A stretch of DNA of 56,951 bases, filler included, from Dirinaria sp. TL-2023a (Eukaryota): the NCBI GenBank assembly GCA_051941275.1. It is 4 parts of 4 records of this genome, joined end to end, with 100 filler letters (N's around TTAATTAATTAA, not from the genome) between each part and the next. Parts side by side here need not be neighbours in the genome. Positions count along the whole stretch, not along the records: positions 1 to 14,170 come from JAVEBF010000618.1; 3 more parts are not named here. One strand, 5' to 3'. A program made the position numbers and the translations under genes. Numbering within the stretch: position 1 is the first letter of the stretch; every line of letters starts with the position of its first letter. The notes beneath the pieces are model-generated. The model was not told the DNA's origin and ran no database searches. It was given only the letters and a program-made list of their open reading frames with translations. Of this stretch, positions 1 through 11,476 are shown in pieces.

Positions 1-770
1 GAATTAATGATTGATTTCGACGATATAGATATGAAATCTGTTCAAAAAAAAAAAACAATTAATACTCAGCTTTTCCCCCTCTCCCTTTTCTTCTCTTCAT
101 ATCCTCTCATCTCAGATCTTCTCTCTCAGAAGAATTTACTCAAAGATCAGTGATATAATATCGAGAAGGAAAGAAAGAGAGAAAAGAGGGGAGAAACAGA
201 AGATGAGTTGAATTTTGAGATTTTGGATTTGATTGATGATTTGATCGAAGTCTGAAAAAATTTGAGAGGAGAGGAGAGAAAAAGAGAAAGAGAGAAAGAG
301 AGAAGAAGAGGGGGGGGGGAGGAGGAAAGATGGAAGGGATTTTATATTGAATTGGATTTGAATTCGATTGAACACGGATCTCTTTTTCTCAACTTGAACT
401 GTGTTGTATTTGAGATTAAAAATGAGAAGAAAAAGGAAAGATGAAATGCAGGTGTGAGGGAGGGAATGGAGGGAATAGATGCTTACTTTCGATATGCAGA
501 ATGGTTTTTAAAATATGAAGACCGTTTAGAGAAAAAAATATAATGCTCAGCCCCTTTATTCCATTTGCTTTGAAATATACACACGATACCCCCTCCTCCC
601 ATCGCTTCTTCACTACTAACGATGCGATGAGATGCAATGCGATCCATGCATCCCACATCCCCGCTCGCCACCTGGGCTCCAAAAGTGTGTGAACTCGGCA
701 CAAGAATACAAACCCAGAATCGATTGCCTCTATCCTCACCTCCCAATAACCCAAGGGACGGAGGAATGAA

Positions 771-3540
771 TCACCGTGCAAAGATCTTCACAACGCCATC
801 CCCGCCTCCGGACAGAACCCATCGGCCATCCTGGGCCCAGACGACGGCGCAGACGCCTTCGCCGCGCATCAGGCGGTGGCTGGTGAGTTCCTGCGTGCAG
901 CTGCGCTTCTCCAGGCTCCAGAAACGCAGGCTGGCGTCGTGGCCCGCGCTGACGAGTTCCCGGCCGTCGGGCGAAAGGGATAAGGCGGCGATGGCGGAGG
1001 GGTGGGCGAGCATGCTGTAAGTGCATTGACCTAGAGGGGGAAACATTTAGCTAGTAGAATAGAAGGGCGAACCCGAAGAGGTAGACATGAGAAAAGAAAA
1101 GTGGGAACGACGGAACATACCGCTGTTGGCATCGAAAAATCGGATAAACCGATCTTCATGCCCACTCAATATCATTCCCTCAACGCCGGTGCTGCTCCCC
1201 GTTGCCCCATGAACAACGCTTTCATCCTCCGATACACCCCTGCCCGCATCGAGGCTCAGACTGCCGTCCAGCCCTACAGTCGTCGCCACCACTGCGTTCA
1301 CCCCTGTAGCTGGTGTACCGTCGTAAGTCTCCAAGCTAGCCATCCCGACCATCTCCTCGCCGGTGCGAGTACCGTAGATCAGGACCGATGCATCCGCGAA
1401 TGAGACGACAAAGGTATCGCCGGACATGGACAGCGGGGATATACAGGTTGGCGAAGGCGCACCAACGCGCTCGATCCGGTGCACGAGTGAGTGATGAAAC
1501 GGTCGAGTCGTAGCCGTACTCGGTTGAGGGGAGGACGGAAAGTTCGAACCTGAAGAGACTGAGTTCGCTCTTCTGCTGCCGCCTGCGCCTCGCCTTGATC
1601 CACCGCCTGATGTTGACATCTGAGGCGGCGTGCTCACAGCCCAGATAAGAATCGTGCCGTCTGCACCGCCCGAAGCGAGGACAACGCGGTCCGGTCCACC
1701 ATGATGCATGCATTGGTCTCCGAGGACTGAGGCCGAGGTACCGGGGAGGACGCAGACGGTCCAGACAGCGTCGGTGTGTCCGTCCAGCGTCGCTTTAGGG
1801 TCCACACGACCCCGTTCCCACACCCGTACAGTGGCGTCTTGCCCTCCGGAGAAAACCCACCCATCGCCGTTGGCTCTACCGCCGTTCGAGAAGTTCTGAG
1901 ATGCGGGTGATGCTGCCAGTGAGAGGACGGAGCTAGAATGGCCTCGGTGGGAGAAGAAGCTTGTAATATCTAGGTCGGTGCTTGTAGATGTGCTATGGGG
2001 TCCAAAGCCGCCATAGCTTGTAGGTATGTACCATCGCTTGATGATGCCATCGTCACCACAGGTGCATATTTCGGGCTCCGATGGACTGCCCCCTCCGGTG
2101 AATATGACTGAGCGAACAACGTCTAGATGGCCTCGCAACGCAAAACGAACTTTGAATTGCCCTGGCTCGCCTTTCGTGCTACCATCGGTGCGGGACGAAG
2201 AGAGTTCTCTTATTTCATGTGATCCATCGCTTTGCCTTCTGCGTGATAGCGAGCTTTTTCTCCGATGCGAGCCTGGACCTCGCGTTGGTGATTTTAGTGA
2301 CAAGTCGTTTGCATTTGGAAAAGGATCCGTGTCTCGTCTTTGAGGTGCATGATATTCAGGGGGAGGCTCGTCGGCCGCTGTAGGTTTCAGAGGATCACCG
2401 AAATCCCAGCCATCAGCATCCGCTGCTTCAGGCTCTGATATCCTTGAACTTTCCTGTTCTTCTCGTGTAGGTACAGCCCGCCCGTAGGAGTCGTAGCTAT
2501 GTGAGACCTTTTCAATCTGATCCTCGGGATTTGAAAATCCGTACGACTGCGGTCGATCTCGAGTATCAATGGCGGTCATAGGAGGTTGATGCTGTAGTGG
2601 CCGTTCAGGCATACTGCGAGACATGAAGGAGGCTTGTTCTGGCTGTTGCGTACCACGGGATAGAGGTGGAAGTTCGGATACTCGTGGTACAGGAGGTGGT
2701 TGATGGTTTGGAAGTGGTGAGGGCCCTAATATGCCGAGATTATTATTCTGCTGCTGCTTTTGCCTTTGAACGTATACTTCTTCAAGCGAAGGCTGTGGTT
2801 GTTGGTTGTTGGCGAAATGATGGTTTTGGAGCATTTCCTGTTCCTCGGTATACTGTTGAGCGTTGGTAGTAGGTACGACGTGATACGTGACTTCTTGCAG
2901 GCACTTCTGCAGGTATGTCCGAGACTTTTCTCGTTCTGTATCTTGCCTCAGGTCTGGCGATGTGTCTTCGGCCTCAAGGTCCAAGAATGAATTTCGCGGT
3001 TTCGGAGGTTCAGCTACAAGTGTATCAGCATTGTTATCGCATCCTAGCGGTTTACCCACGTTTCGTATCTTTTTTAGGCTTGGGCATGGGAACTTCCTTT
3101 GCCTCGTCCGGTTCTTCTAGCTTCGCTCCTGATTGCAGAGCCTTGACCTTCTCGCGCTCCTTTTTCAACGCGTTCTCCAAGATTTTGACGTGCTTGCCCA
3201 GCGATTCCTGCAACCGCTTGTTCGTGCGTCCATCCCCTTCAAGCTTCCCAATCCGAGACTTCATCTCCGCCCGCTCTATCTGCCAAGCATTGCGATCTCG
3301 CTCGTGTCGATGCCATTCAGTCTGCAGAAAGCGCATTACCCCTACTTTGGTCAGTCATCACACGACTACATGCACCTCACGTGGTCTTGGGCCAATTCGC
3401 AGATTGATCGGAGTCCCGCGAGACGCACCTTGAAGAGTGTATTCGGTGCCATGAGGCTGTCCACCACTGCCAGAAGCCTCGCTTCCTCCACTTGCACTTC
3501 CTCCATTGCCCACCATGGCGCCAGAGTTCTGCCAGGCCAT
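771..3540 (-). CDS. pro11: Striatin family STRIPAK scaffold (PRO11/HAM-3/Far8-like), 4 exons
   Basis: N-terminal striatin motif [37 protein letters not shown] (coiled coil) and C-terminal WD40 repeats ([28 protein letters not shown]). GT-AG introns at 3428-3342, 3059-3014 and about 1121-1032 join ORF-track pieces 3358..3549, 3052..3336, 1047..3059 and 771..1046. Confidence 0.95.
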
Positions 3541-4295
3541 GAACGGCACTGGCCTCTTCGCACGGCTGCACTATAAGTTGCGCCACTATTAGATCGAGAC
3601 CCTTTAATTTGGAGAGGCCTATAGCTAATTTCGATACGTCGGCAGTCTCAAAGAGCCCTGTTGCAGAGACGACTGCAAGCTCGTCCTTTCGCCGTTGGGA
3701 GTAGAAGAGGGGAAGGTTTCGCGGAGTTGTGTTTTCGCCTGTGGTCTGTCAAGGAGGAGTTGTGACTTTTCCGGATCGCGTTTTCATGCTCGGTGAACAG
3801 AGGACATAGCTCTTGGGAATCGAGATGCAGATTGTGAAGTGCAGGAACGATTTGCGTACCCTGGCACTCATGGCGTCGGCGCTTTCGAGGACACGCTAGT
3901 CTCGATGTAGGCACTTACATACGGGACCTGAGGTAAGAGGTGACTTTAGGTCTCTCCCTAGGGTTGCGTGCCACTACCACACAAGTACCCTAAGGTAAGG
4001 TACCGAGGGTACTCGCACCTCAAGTACCCCTGGGTCCCTTTTGCTTAACCTTACCTTCACTACCTCTATCTTACTATACCTACTATAACTACCTTAAAGG
4101 TACTCTACTTATTCCTCTATCGGCACGTAGGCATCAAAACGTCCTGGTTATAGTTCGGGATCAAATTTGACATGATAACGCATTGAGCAGTCTCATGACA
4201 TAACCATGCGTGACAGACAAGGCTTTACTGATGTACGAGTACAACGTACAGTACTTACTCTGCAACGAATACGAATATATGACCACCTCGCTGAG

Positions 4296-5480
4296 CTAGA
4301 ACTCCAATTCTTCCACTTCCATCCCACACTCAATACACGTTTTGACTTCGAGCCCTTCTTCATTCTGAACAGGCCTACCCCATACATGATTGTGCTTCCC
4401 ACCTTTACTTATCTCATCGCCAAATTCACCTCCGCCGCCTCCAGCCTGCCTGCTCCGTCGATAGGCCTCCACTCTCGTCTTCTTCTTCAGTTCCTGCAGC
4501 TTTGACTTGAATTTATCCTCCTTCCGCTTCTTTTTGCCCGATTCCCGCTTATTGAACTCTTCGTCCAACGCCTCTGCGGAGCCCCACTTCTTGGTGAACG
4601 CATATTCCTCGACTTGATATCGTAGGAAAAGCATCATGTTGTTCCACGTAGACTTATGGGGATTCGGTCGCTCAAGATGCGGCAGTAGTTCCTCGTCTCT
4701 GAGCTCCGGGTCTGTCAAGAGATAGTCCTCTTTGGCCTCGGTCTTGGTGAGCAAGCTGTACTTCTCCGGGAACTTCTCTTTGCACCCGTTGCAGACCGCG
4801 CAGCCGAATACGTCTTCCCATTTCCAGTCGATCTCCAAAGTGCCACACTCCTTGCATACTTTATTGTCCTCCTTTTTCAGTACGCTCAATCCCGGCTCGT
4901 ATGGCCCTGCCTTCTGATCCCGCAATGATCGTAATAATTGATGCCTTTCCCACTCCTTCAAAGTCATGTGCGCAGGTTTCTCCTCCTGATTAGGTGCATG
5001 TAGCTGCCTGTTATGTGGATCGTCCTCCGCCGTCAAGAAGCCCCCCTTCGTATCGGTCATCTTGCTGAAGTCATAATCAACAAACTTCGTAAAATTCCTC
5101 GCTGGCTGGATTTCGTCCAGTGGTCGGAAACTCCCGTTTCTCTCAGGCTCCTTGCTTCGTGCATCTCGCTGAGTCGCAGGAATACTGGATGTGGATATGG
5201 CGGAGTGGGCGCGCTTTTGCCCGGCCGCCACATTGCTTGAGGAGGAGCGCTGTAACGAAGAACCAGTATTATGTTGGCGGGCTTCGGTTTCTCGCTGGTT
5301 GCGAAGGGCCTTGGCTTTCAGCCGATTGATTTCCTGTACGTGACATCAGAGAGGCCATCTACGGGCGGGAATGGTCATACCTACTATCTGCTTGACTTGC
5401 TCTGGCGTTAGGGGCGATCGCTCAACTCCGCCACTGGTATGTGTCGCCTGCAGTGGCGGTGTTGATGGCCGGTCTGCCAT
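4296..5480 (-). CDS. RAD14: DNA repair protein Rad14/XPA
   Basis: DYDFSKMTDTKGGFL motif, C4 zinc finger CKEC...CNGC, YSLLTKTEAKEDYLLTD, NPHKSTWNNMMLFLRYQVEEYA and C-terminal CIECGMEVEELEF. ATG at 5480 (MADRPSTPP...PLTPEQVKQI), one short intron about 5384-5334, then EINRLKAKALR. Confidence 0.95.
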
Positions 5481-5834
5481 GCTTGCAATAATGTAATCCT
5501 ACTAAATTGTAGGAATGCCAACACTATGGAGGTATTTGGCGAGCGAGACTGCAGCGGATAGAAAGGTGTACGGGTTCAGTGACTCATTCGCTTCCACTAA
5601 AGGTATAAAGTTTCGTTGCCAATAGTCGCAGCATGAAGAGGAAAGATTGGTAGACCACCTTGTGCAGTGTTCACTTCATGCATAATCCAAGATTGTATCG
5701 GTCTAATTCATATGTTGCGGCTCTACAGATCTAACCTTAAACGGTAGATGTTTCTACAAACACACCCATTGTCCCAGATCAGGCACTAATGCACACAAGG
5801 TAAAGGGGCAGAATTGCCCGCTGGACGCGGCGTT

Positions 5835-6557
5835 CTATTCTTCTTTGACACCGCCGCTGCCAGCCCGTTCCGCTTGTTCGATACTCTTCTTGTCCGCCTT
5901 AGGATCATTAGCGCCTCCCATACCCATGAAGCCCCCAGCAGCCTTCCAAGGCCTCTTCAGCTCTCCGATAGCCGGCTGACCTAGCGCATGTATCTTGAAT
6001 AAATTGCCTTCGAATGCGCCCTTGAGCGGGATGATCGACTGTATCAGCAGCGGGTTCGTGTACTTGAAATACAAGTGCATGACTGCCATCATTCCAACCC
6101 CCATGAGCTGTGACTTGAACATGGCCCGTAGCTGTTGCAGATCATAGGAATGGATCGTCGTCGTGATCAGCTTGGGTTCTTCGGATGAGCCCATGGGCGC
6201 GGGCTCAACATATTTCAGTGTTGTCAAATCTGTGGAGAGCGCGGGTTAGTCGAGCTAGATCACTGCGTACATGATAGCGAATAGTTTTCACACCTTTCTT
6301 GGAATTGATTTTCATCTGTATCCACAGATATATTCCCGCTATGATCAAGTTTGAGACGACGTATAGCCCCCGGACGCCCATCAAAACTTGCGGATCGTCG
6401 AACGGTATTTTCTTCGAAACCTGCATCATACCGAGAATGATGACCAAGTTGGTCCTTATCGCCGGATGTTAGCCTTCAGTCGCCCATACCGCATTCTGAG
6501 CTCCGGTACACAAAGCTTCAGCGGAAGCCAGAATACTCACACCTGCGGGCTAACCAT
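5835..6557 (-). CDS. PHO88: Pho88/SND3 ER membrane protein (phosphate transport / SND targeting), 3 exons
   Basis: Spliced MVSPQV|TNLVIILGMMQVSKKIPFDDPQVL...INSKK|DLTTLKYVEP...YDLQQL...MHLYFKYTNPLLIQSIIPLK...LKRPWK matches the Pho88 family pattern; GT-AG introns with GCTAAC/ACTAAC branch sites. Confidence 0.92.
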
Positions 6558-7321
6558 GGCGACGGTAAGGCTCTTGGCGCTTAAGGAACGTTGGTGCTTG
6601 ACTTAATGCTCTAAGTTTAGAGATGGGTGGAATAATCGTATTCAAAGGCTGGGATTATCATGTTCTGTGCAATAATATACCGAGTTACGAGTGAAATTTG
6701 TCCTCGATTTCTGTGCTAAGATACGGCTACGGCATACTAAACGGCAAAGTGTGAAATACTGTCTCAAATCCTGAGATACTCCTAAATTCCCAAGTGATAC
6801 TCTCACAATCAAGAAATACCAACAATTCATGGCTATCTTCTCCGAAGCGATTATTAAAGGTAAGCTTGTTTCTTTGCTACCCTTCGACTTAGCCTGGTCA
6901 AATTCTGCTTGTCTCCTTACCTCGTATCTGAATGCCTGTGCCAGTCACTATCCTGACACAGCTCTTGCGGGCAGTCAACGAGCTACCATGCCTTCAAGTA
7001 TTCTACGCATTGGTAAAAGTACTACACTACTCAGCCCGGCCCGCGGGGAACAATGAAATCGATACATTTTGATTAGAATGCAACTGCTGCGCTGTACTCG
7101 TACCCAGCAAGATAACACTTTTGGCGAGCCCTCATCTCACATCTATCATGTCATAATCATGTGCACATTGCTACAAAGGAAAGCAAAAACTCAATACGTG
7201 AAACCTTCCGTTCGGTAATACTAGCATGGTGCCGACGATGGAGTCATTTGGCAATATCAAAAAAGCAGAACCCACCTTCAAAAAGTGAAACCCGCAATGG
7301 GTTTGGCATGCAGAAATCTCT

Positions 7322-10120
7322 TTACGATGCGATGTCACCACAAGATAAGACCAACGACAACATTGCTAGCTTGCTTACTAGCAAGTAGGAGCAGTCGGAG
7401 CAGCATATGGGAGGCCAGAGCCCAGTACCCAAATGCCAATTCGGTTGACTGGGGTAGTCCTGGGACAGCTTGACTGACTGGCTGTACGATTTCCAGGTCA
7501 TTTGAGTGCGGGAGCTGGCCACCAGCAAGTACATGGACCCGATCATAATGGTCATCACGACGAAGGCGCGTGGCTCTAGTCTCGATCTATGATACAGTCA
7601 ATGTTCACTTGCTTGAGACCGTTGCCTGGCTTACGGCGACCGTGGAAGTAAGTAAACGAGCGTCCGATTGAAAGCCAGAATGGAAAGCGAAAGGAGCTGT
7701 ATAGGATCTAAAATATATAGAAGCCATATCATTGCCATAATTGCCAAAGTTTGTTGAAGTATCTGGCAAAGATTTCTTAGCCACAAGTCAAGACCCTCGT
7801 CCCTCAATCTCTGATGTGCGGCATGCAATGACGCGGGGCGCCCGTCAGAGCCAAGCGCTTCATAAAGCAGCTTGAGAGCTCGCGCACCATCTTTGTTGGC
7901 TTCAGGATAAAGAATGGTCACTCTCGAGTCTCCTTGCCTGGATGCCTTCGCGCTAGTGAGGTTCAATACGGCGTTAAAGTTTTGCTTGCGGTCTGGGCCA
8001 ACTACGATTTGTAGTACGGTCCCGGGTTGCGTCTGTTGGTCTTTGATGTTGTTGGAACGTTCGAACGGCTGCTCTATAGTGATCGTATGGCTTAATAACG
8101 TAGCTTTGTTGCGAGACTTGCTGCGCCACTGGTTGTCTTTTTGCTGCACTAGCTCTTCTCCTGAGAGAAATCCAGCAACATGGGGATGCTTAAGGGTCTC
8201 GTCGTGGGTAACTGCTTTGTACGTTAGTGAGCGATGGTCATCGTTAAATGATATAGCGTCCAGTGGCTGGGCCGGCAGATGTCGAGCCATCTTTCTCCCG
8301 GAAGATTCTGTAGCCTGAAGCAGATTCGAGCCTGGGTTTCCATTTGATGCCTTAGACGTCTTCAGAGCCAGATTTTTATTGGTCGCCTGAGGTGTCTTGG
8401 GAGCTAGGCGTGCCCCTAGGTTTTCCCGATGGTAAGTACGCTGGGTTAGGTTCAACACGTCCCGTACCGTCAAACCCGTGTGATCTCGATTTATCAAGCG
8501 CCAACCAGCTTTAACTAGGTGTTCAAATCTTTCGAGATCTCTATCCTGCGCAGCCCTATGCAGAGGAGTCTGCGTGGGTTTCAGGGCCTTCCCGCGCGGT
8601 GGAGATCGGACACATGGAGTCTCTTTCTCCAGCCCGGCGTTCTGGTCGGTGGCAGAGTAATAAACCTTGTACAGATTTAGCTGAGCTTCCCATGCATACA
8701 GACGGCACCCATTTTCTTGCTTCTTCATCATTTGCAGAGCTACTCTCAAAGTTGACCTCAATTTTTCGTCCTTATCCTCTTTTTGTAATTCGTGGATCCA
8801 ATTTTCAACAACAATCCAGTTGTTGTGGAAGGAGCCATCTGGAGTGTGTTGGCTCGCGAGCCTAGTTTTTGTTTTGTTTGGGTTGCTTCGCCTTCGGTCT
8901 CTGAACTCGGCCACTTTCTCGGTGCTCCAGCCATGAACAATTAGGGTCGCAAGCTCAATGATGATGCAACCCATGGCCCAAATGTCGAATGCTCGTCCGT
9001 GCTTCACTTTTGCACGAGATCCGTCATCATTCCAGTACTCCGGAGGGTGATACTCGTATGTTCCCAATCCAGAGCTTGCCTCCGTTTCCGATCCTCGGGC
9101 CAAAGGGCGAAGTTGTGAGCGCCCGAAGTCAGCAAACTTCAATTCTTGCGCGAACACCAGGATGTTCCGTGGTTTCAAGTCATGGTGTGCGGTTATTTTT
9201 CCATTTTTCTCGTGATGGAGAAAAGCAAGACCCGACACAAGTGAGTATATCGAGCGAAAAAGGTATGCCTTTCGATCCGGCTGCGGCAGATCCCTAAGCC
9301 AAGCTGGAGGCTGAGCGCACGCCATCCATTCGAATAGGTCCTTTTCAGCTAATGGGAATAGTAAGTGCAAGGATGAAATAGCGAACTCTGACTCCGTCGC
9401 TTCCAAGGTATAAGATGCCAATAGGGGGACAATATTTGGATGTTCTCTTTCCCGAAGCGTTTCTACTTCACGAAGGTAAAAACGCTCATCTTCGGGCTTA
9501 TCTAAGCGAATAACTTTCTCCGCCACTGTGGTCTGCGTTCCATTAGCAAGCTGGCTATCCCTGAGAGCAGAGTGTCTTACCTTATCATAGCCTTCTAAAT
9601 GACCTTCTGCAATCTCGACTCGAAATATCTGACCAAATGATCCGCGCTTGTCAATTGATTCCCTCCTTGTGAATGGTAACACAGTTTCTTCCGATATATG
9701 CAGATGCGTACCCTTCCTCAGGATTGGCGCAAACTTGTGGCACTGCGCATCAAGCCTTCGTCGTTCGTCATAATGCAAATCCAAGCAACTGTAGTCGATA
9801 TGAGGGAGAGAGTCGTCGCTCTGGCCAGAGGAGACAAGGGCGAAGGTGAGACATTCGAGTTCTGCCGCTACTAGTATTGCAAACAGTAGGCGACAATTGT
9901 CCAATATGCGGCCGATCGTATCGTGGTCATGAGCACCAATATCTGAGCGTCGATGAAGGCGATGGGTTTCCATCCAGGCGCAAATCGTATTGTAAGACAG
10001 CAATCGCTCGACTTCTGCCGTACACAAGAATTTTTGCCCCTGGTGATTTTCGATTTGTGCGGGAAGCGTGCGAAGAAGCTCACGGAGAGTAAGGCCACCC
10101 ACAGAATCCGATAAAGTCAT
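7322..10120 (-). CDS. Non-RD Ser/Thr protein kinase with ankyrin repeat(s) and C-terminal hydrophobic (TM) segments
   Basis: Kinase motifs RGSFGQIF, VAEK, REVETL, HPNIVPLL, HHDLKPRNIL, DFG, GTYEYHPPE, DIWAMG, then ankyrin-like TPLHRAAQ. An in-frame intron (GTAAGA...GCTAAT...CAG) lies near 9581-9531. A 48-nt phase-2 intron 7634-7587 (CC|GTAAGC...TTGAC...TAG|A) extends the ORF-track end at 7631 into frame 7322..7558 (SRLEPRAFVVMTIMIGSMYLLV). The exact 3' end is uncertain. Confidence 0.85.
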
Positions 10121-10239
10121 AGCCCTTTCGTTTTCACACCGGTCTCTTTAGGCCAGTATATCTGCTGGGCCAATCTTAGGTGATAGGTCTAAACTCACGT
10201 GGTGTATTATTTGGCCTTCAGTATATGGTTGAATATTGT

Positions 10240-10825
10240 TCATGAAGAGATCTTTCGGATATCGAGTATATCTGTGCGGTATGGCGAATTGATGCTAGTA
10301 TCCTTTACCTGTAGTGATAGTGTGAGTGGCAATTGTCGCTTGCACACGTGCAGACGGGGGTTTTTACCCAGTATTTCTTCGAGTCCTCACTGCTGCCTCC
10401 TTCGTCCTGGATTTCGCCACGCCGCCACTTGCCTGGGAAAATTCAAAATATCAGCTAAGATCAAAAGACTTCCGCTAGACCTAAGCGAGAAAATGGCTGA
10501 ATGCTGCAGCCTGGATGGTGTCTTGCGGAGACAAATTATCGTAAGTAGATGATAGTTGACTCTAGGCGCCGTGGGATTTCTATATATAAACCAAGGGGCG
10601 GGCAAGCTGAGGACCCAGTGCCGATATTCATAATCAATGTCGTGAGTCACGTGGGGGGTTGCTCAATCCGCAGGGAGCGCGTGGAGCCAGATCCAGGGAA
10701 TGGAAAGCGCTCGTAAAGCAAATGAGATATGGAGACGTACCACAGCGGAAGTAATACACCTTATCGGATATATTGTAGGATGTCTCCTCGGTGCATCCTG
10801 CTGGAGGATTCGGACGTGAGGACAT
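10240..10825 (-). CDS. Small 72-aa protein with SH3/Tudor-like beta-barrel pattern, 3 exons (not assembled in the ORF track)
   Basis: Exons 10825-10741, 10432-10368 and 10308-10240. Intron 1 is GTACGT...GCTGAT...CCCAG; intron 2 (59 nt) is GTAAAA...CTCAC...TACAG; phases are compatible. Product: MSSRPNPPAGCTEETSYNISDKVYYFRCGKWRRGEIQDEGGSSEDSKKYWVKDTSINSPYRTDILDIRKISS*. Confidence 0.6.
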
Positions 10826-11476
10826 GTTCTCTACGATGACGATGAGCGGCGACAATGAGAGTCTGCTGCTAAAGAGGTTTGGAATGTACGCATTTGAAGC
10901 AAGTGATTTCAACGTGCTCCAAAATCGTGCTGGATACGAAGTTCAACAAGGCTGAGAAGGATTGGGGTATGATAAGACGGCGGTTGCAGCATGACGCACA
11001 AAAACTTTAAGATGCCAGTCTTCCCTCACCGCCGATCGGCCTCTCGCAGACTCGCACACATCTGGCGTTGCTTACTTAAGATAATAATGTGTTCGAGCTC
11101 AGCCTTGGTAACCTGATGGCTGCATTTGACCCACGCTTCTTGAACAATTGGCAAGTTGGGTCTCTACAGCATTCTTCACTCCGAGATATCGGAATCAGGA
11201 GAGAATCCACACAGTATTTGATGAGCCTCCGAAACCTATTGTGACAGGACTTATGTTCTTATTTAGGGCAGAACTCGGGCAGTACCTGTGAGACCAGTAG
11301 ACACTCAAGACACCTGAACGGCGCGGGCCGAGCTGGAATCTTCGGCGGCCAGCCTCGTTAAGGGTAAGGTAAGCCTTCCGGCGCCCGGTCCATGTACGTA
11401 AGATGTTCGTATAATCATGGATCTCTCTATACCTTACCTTGCCTTGATTCAGCTCTGACATAAGCTTACGGCCAGC

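Noticed and set aside
1..480. Short ORFs 136..375 and 262..444
   Set aside because: Purine/pyrimidine-skewed low-complexity intergenic DNA producing spurious F/S/L- or R/E-rich translations.
10121..10308. Fusion of the microprotein exons to the kinase as an N-terminal extension
   Set aside because: In-frame stops occur after the TGA at 10240 and shortly upstream of the kinase ATG, and the candidate splice in the spacer does not restore a continuous frame.
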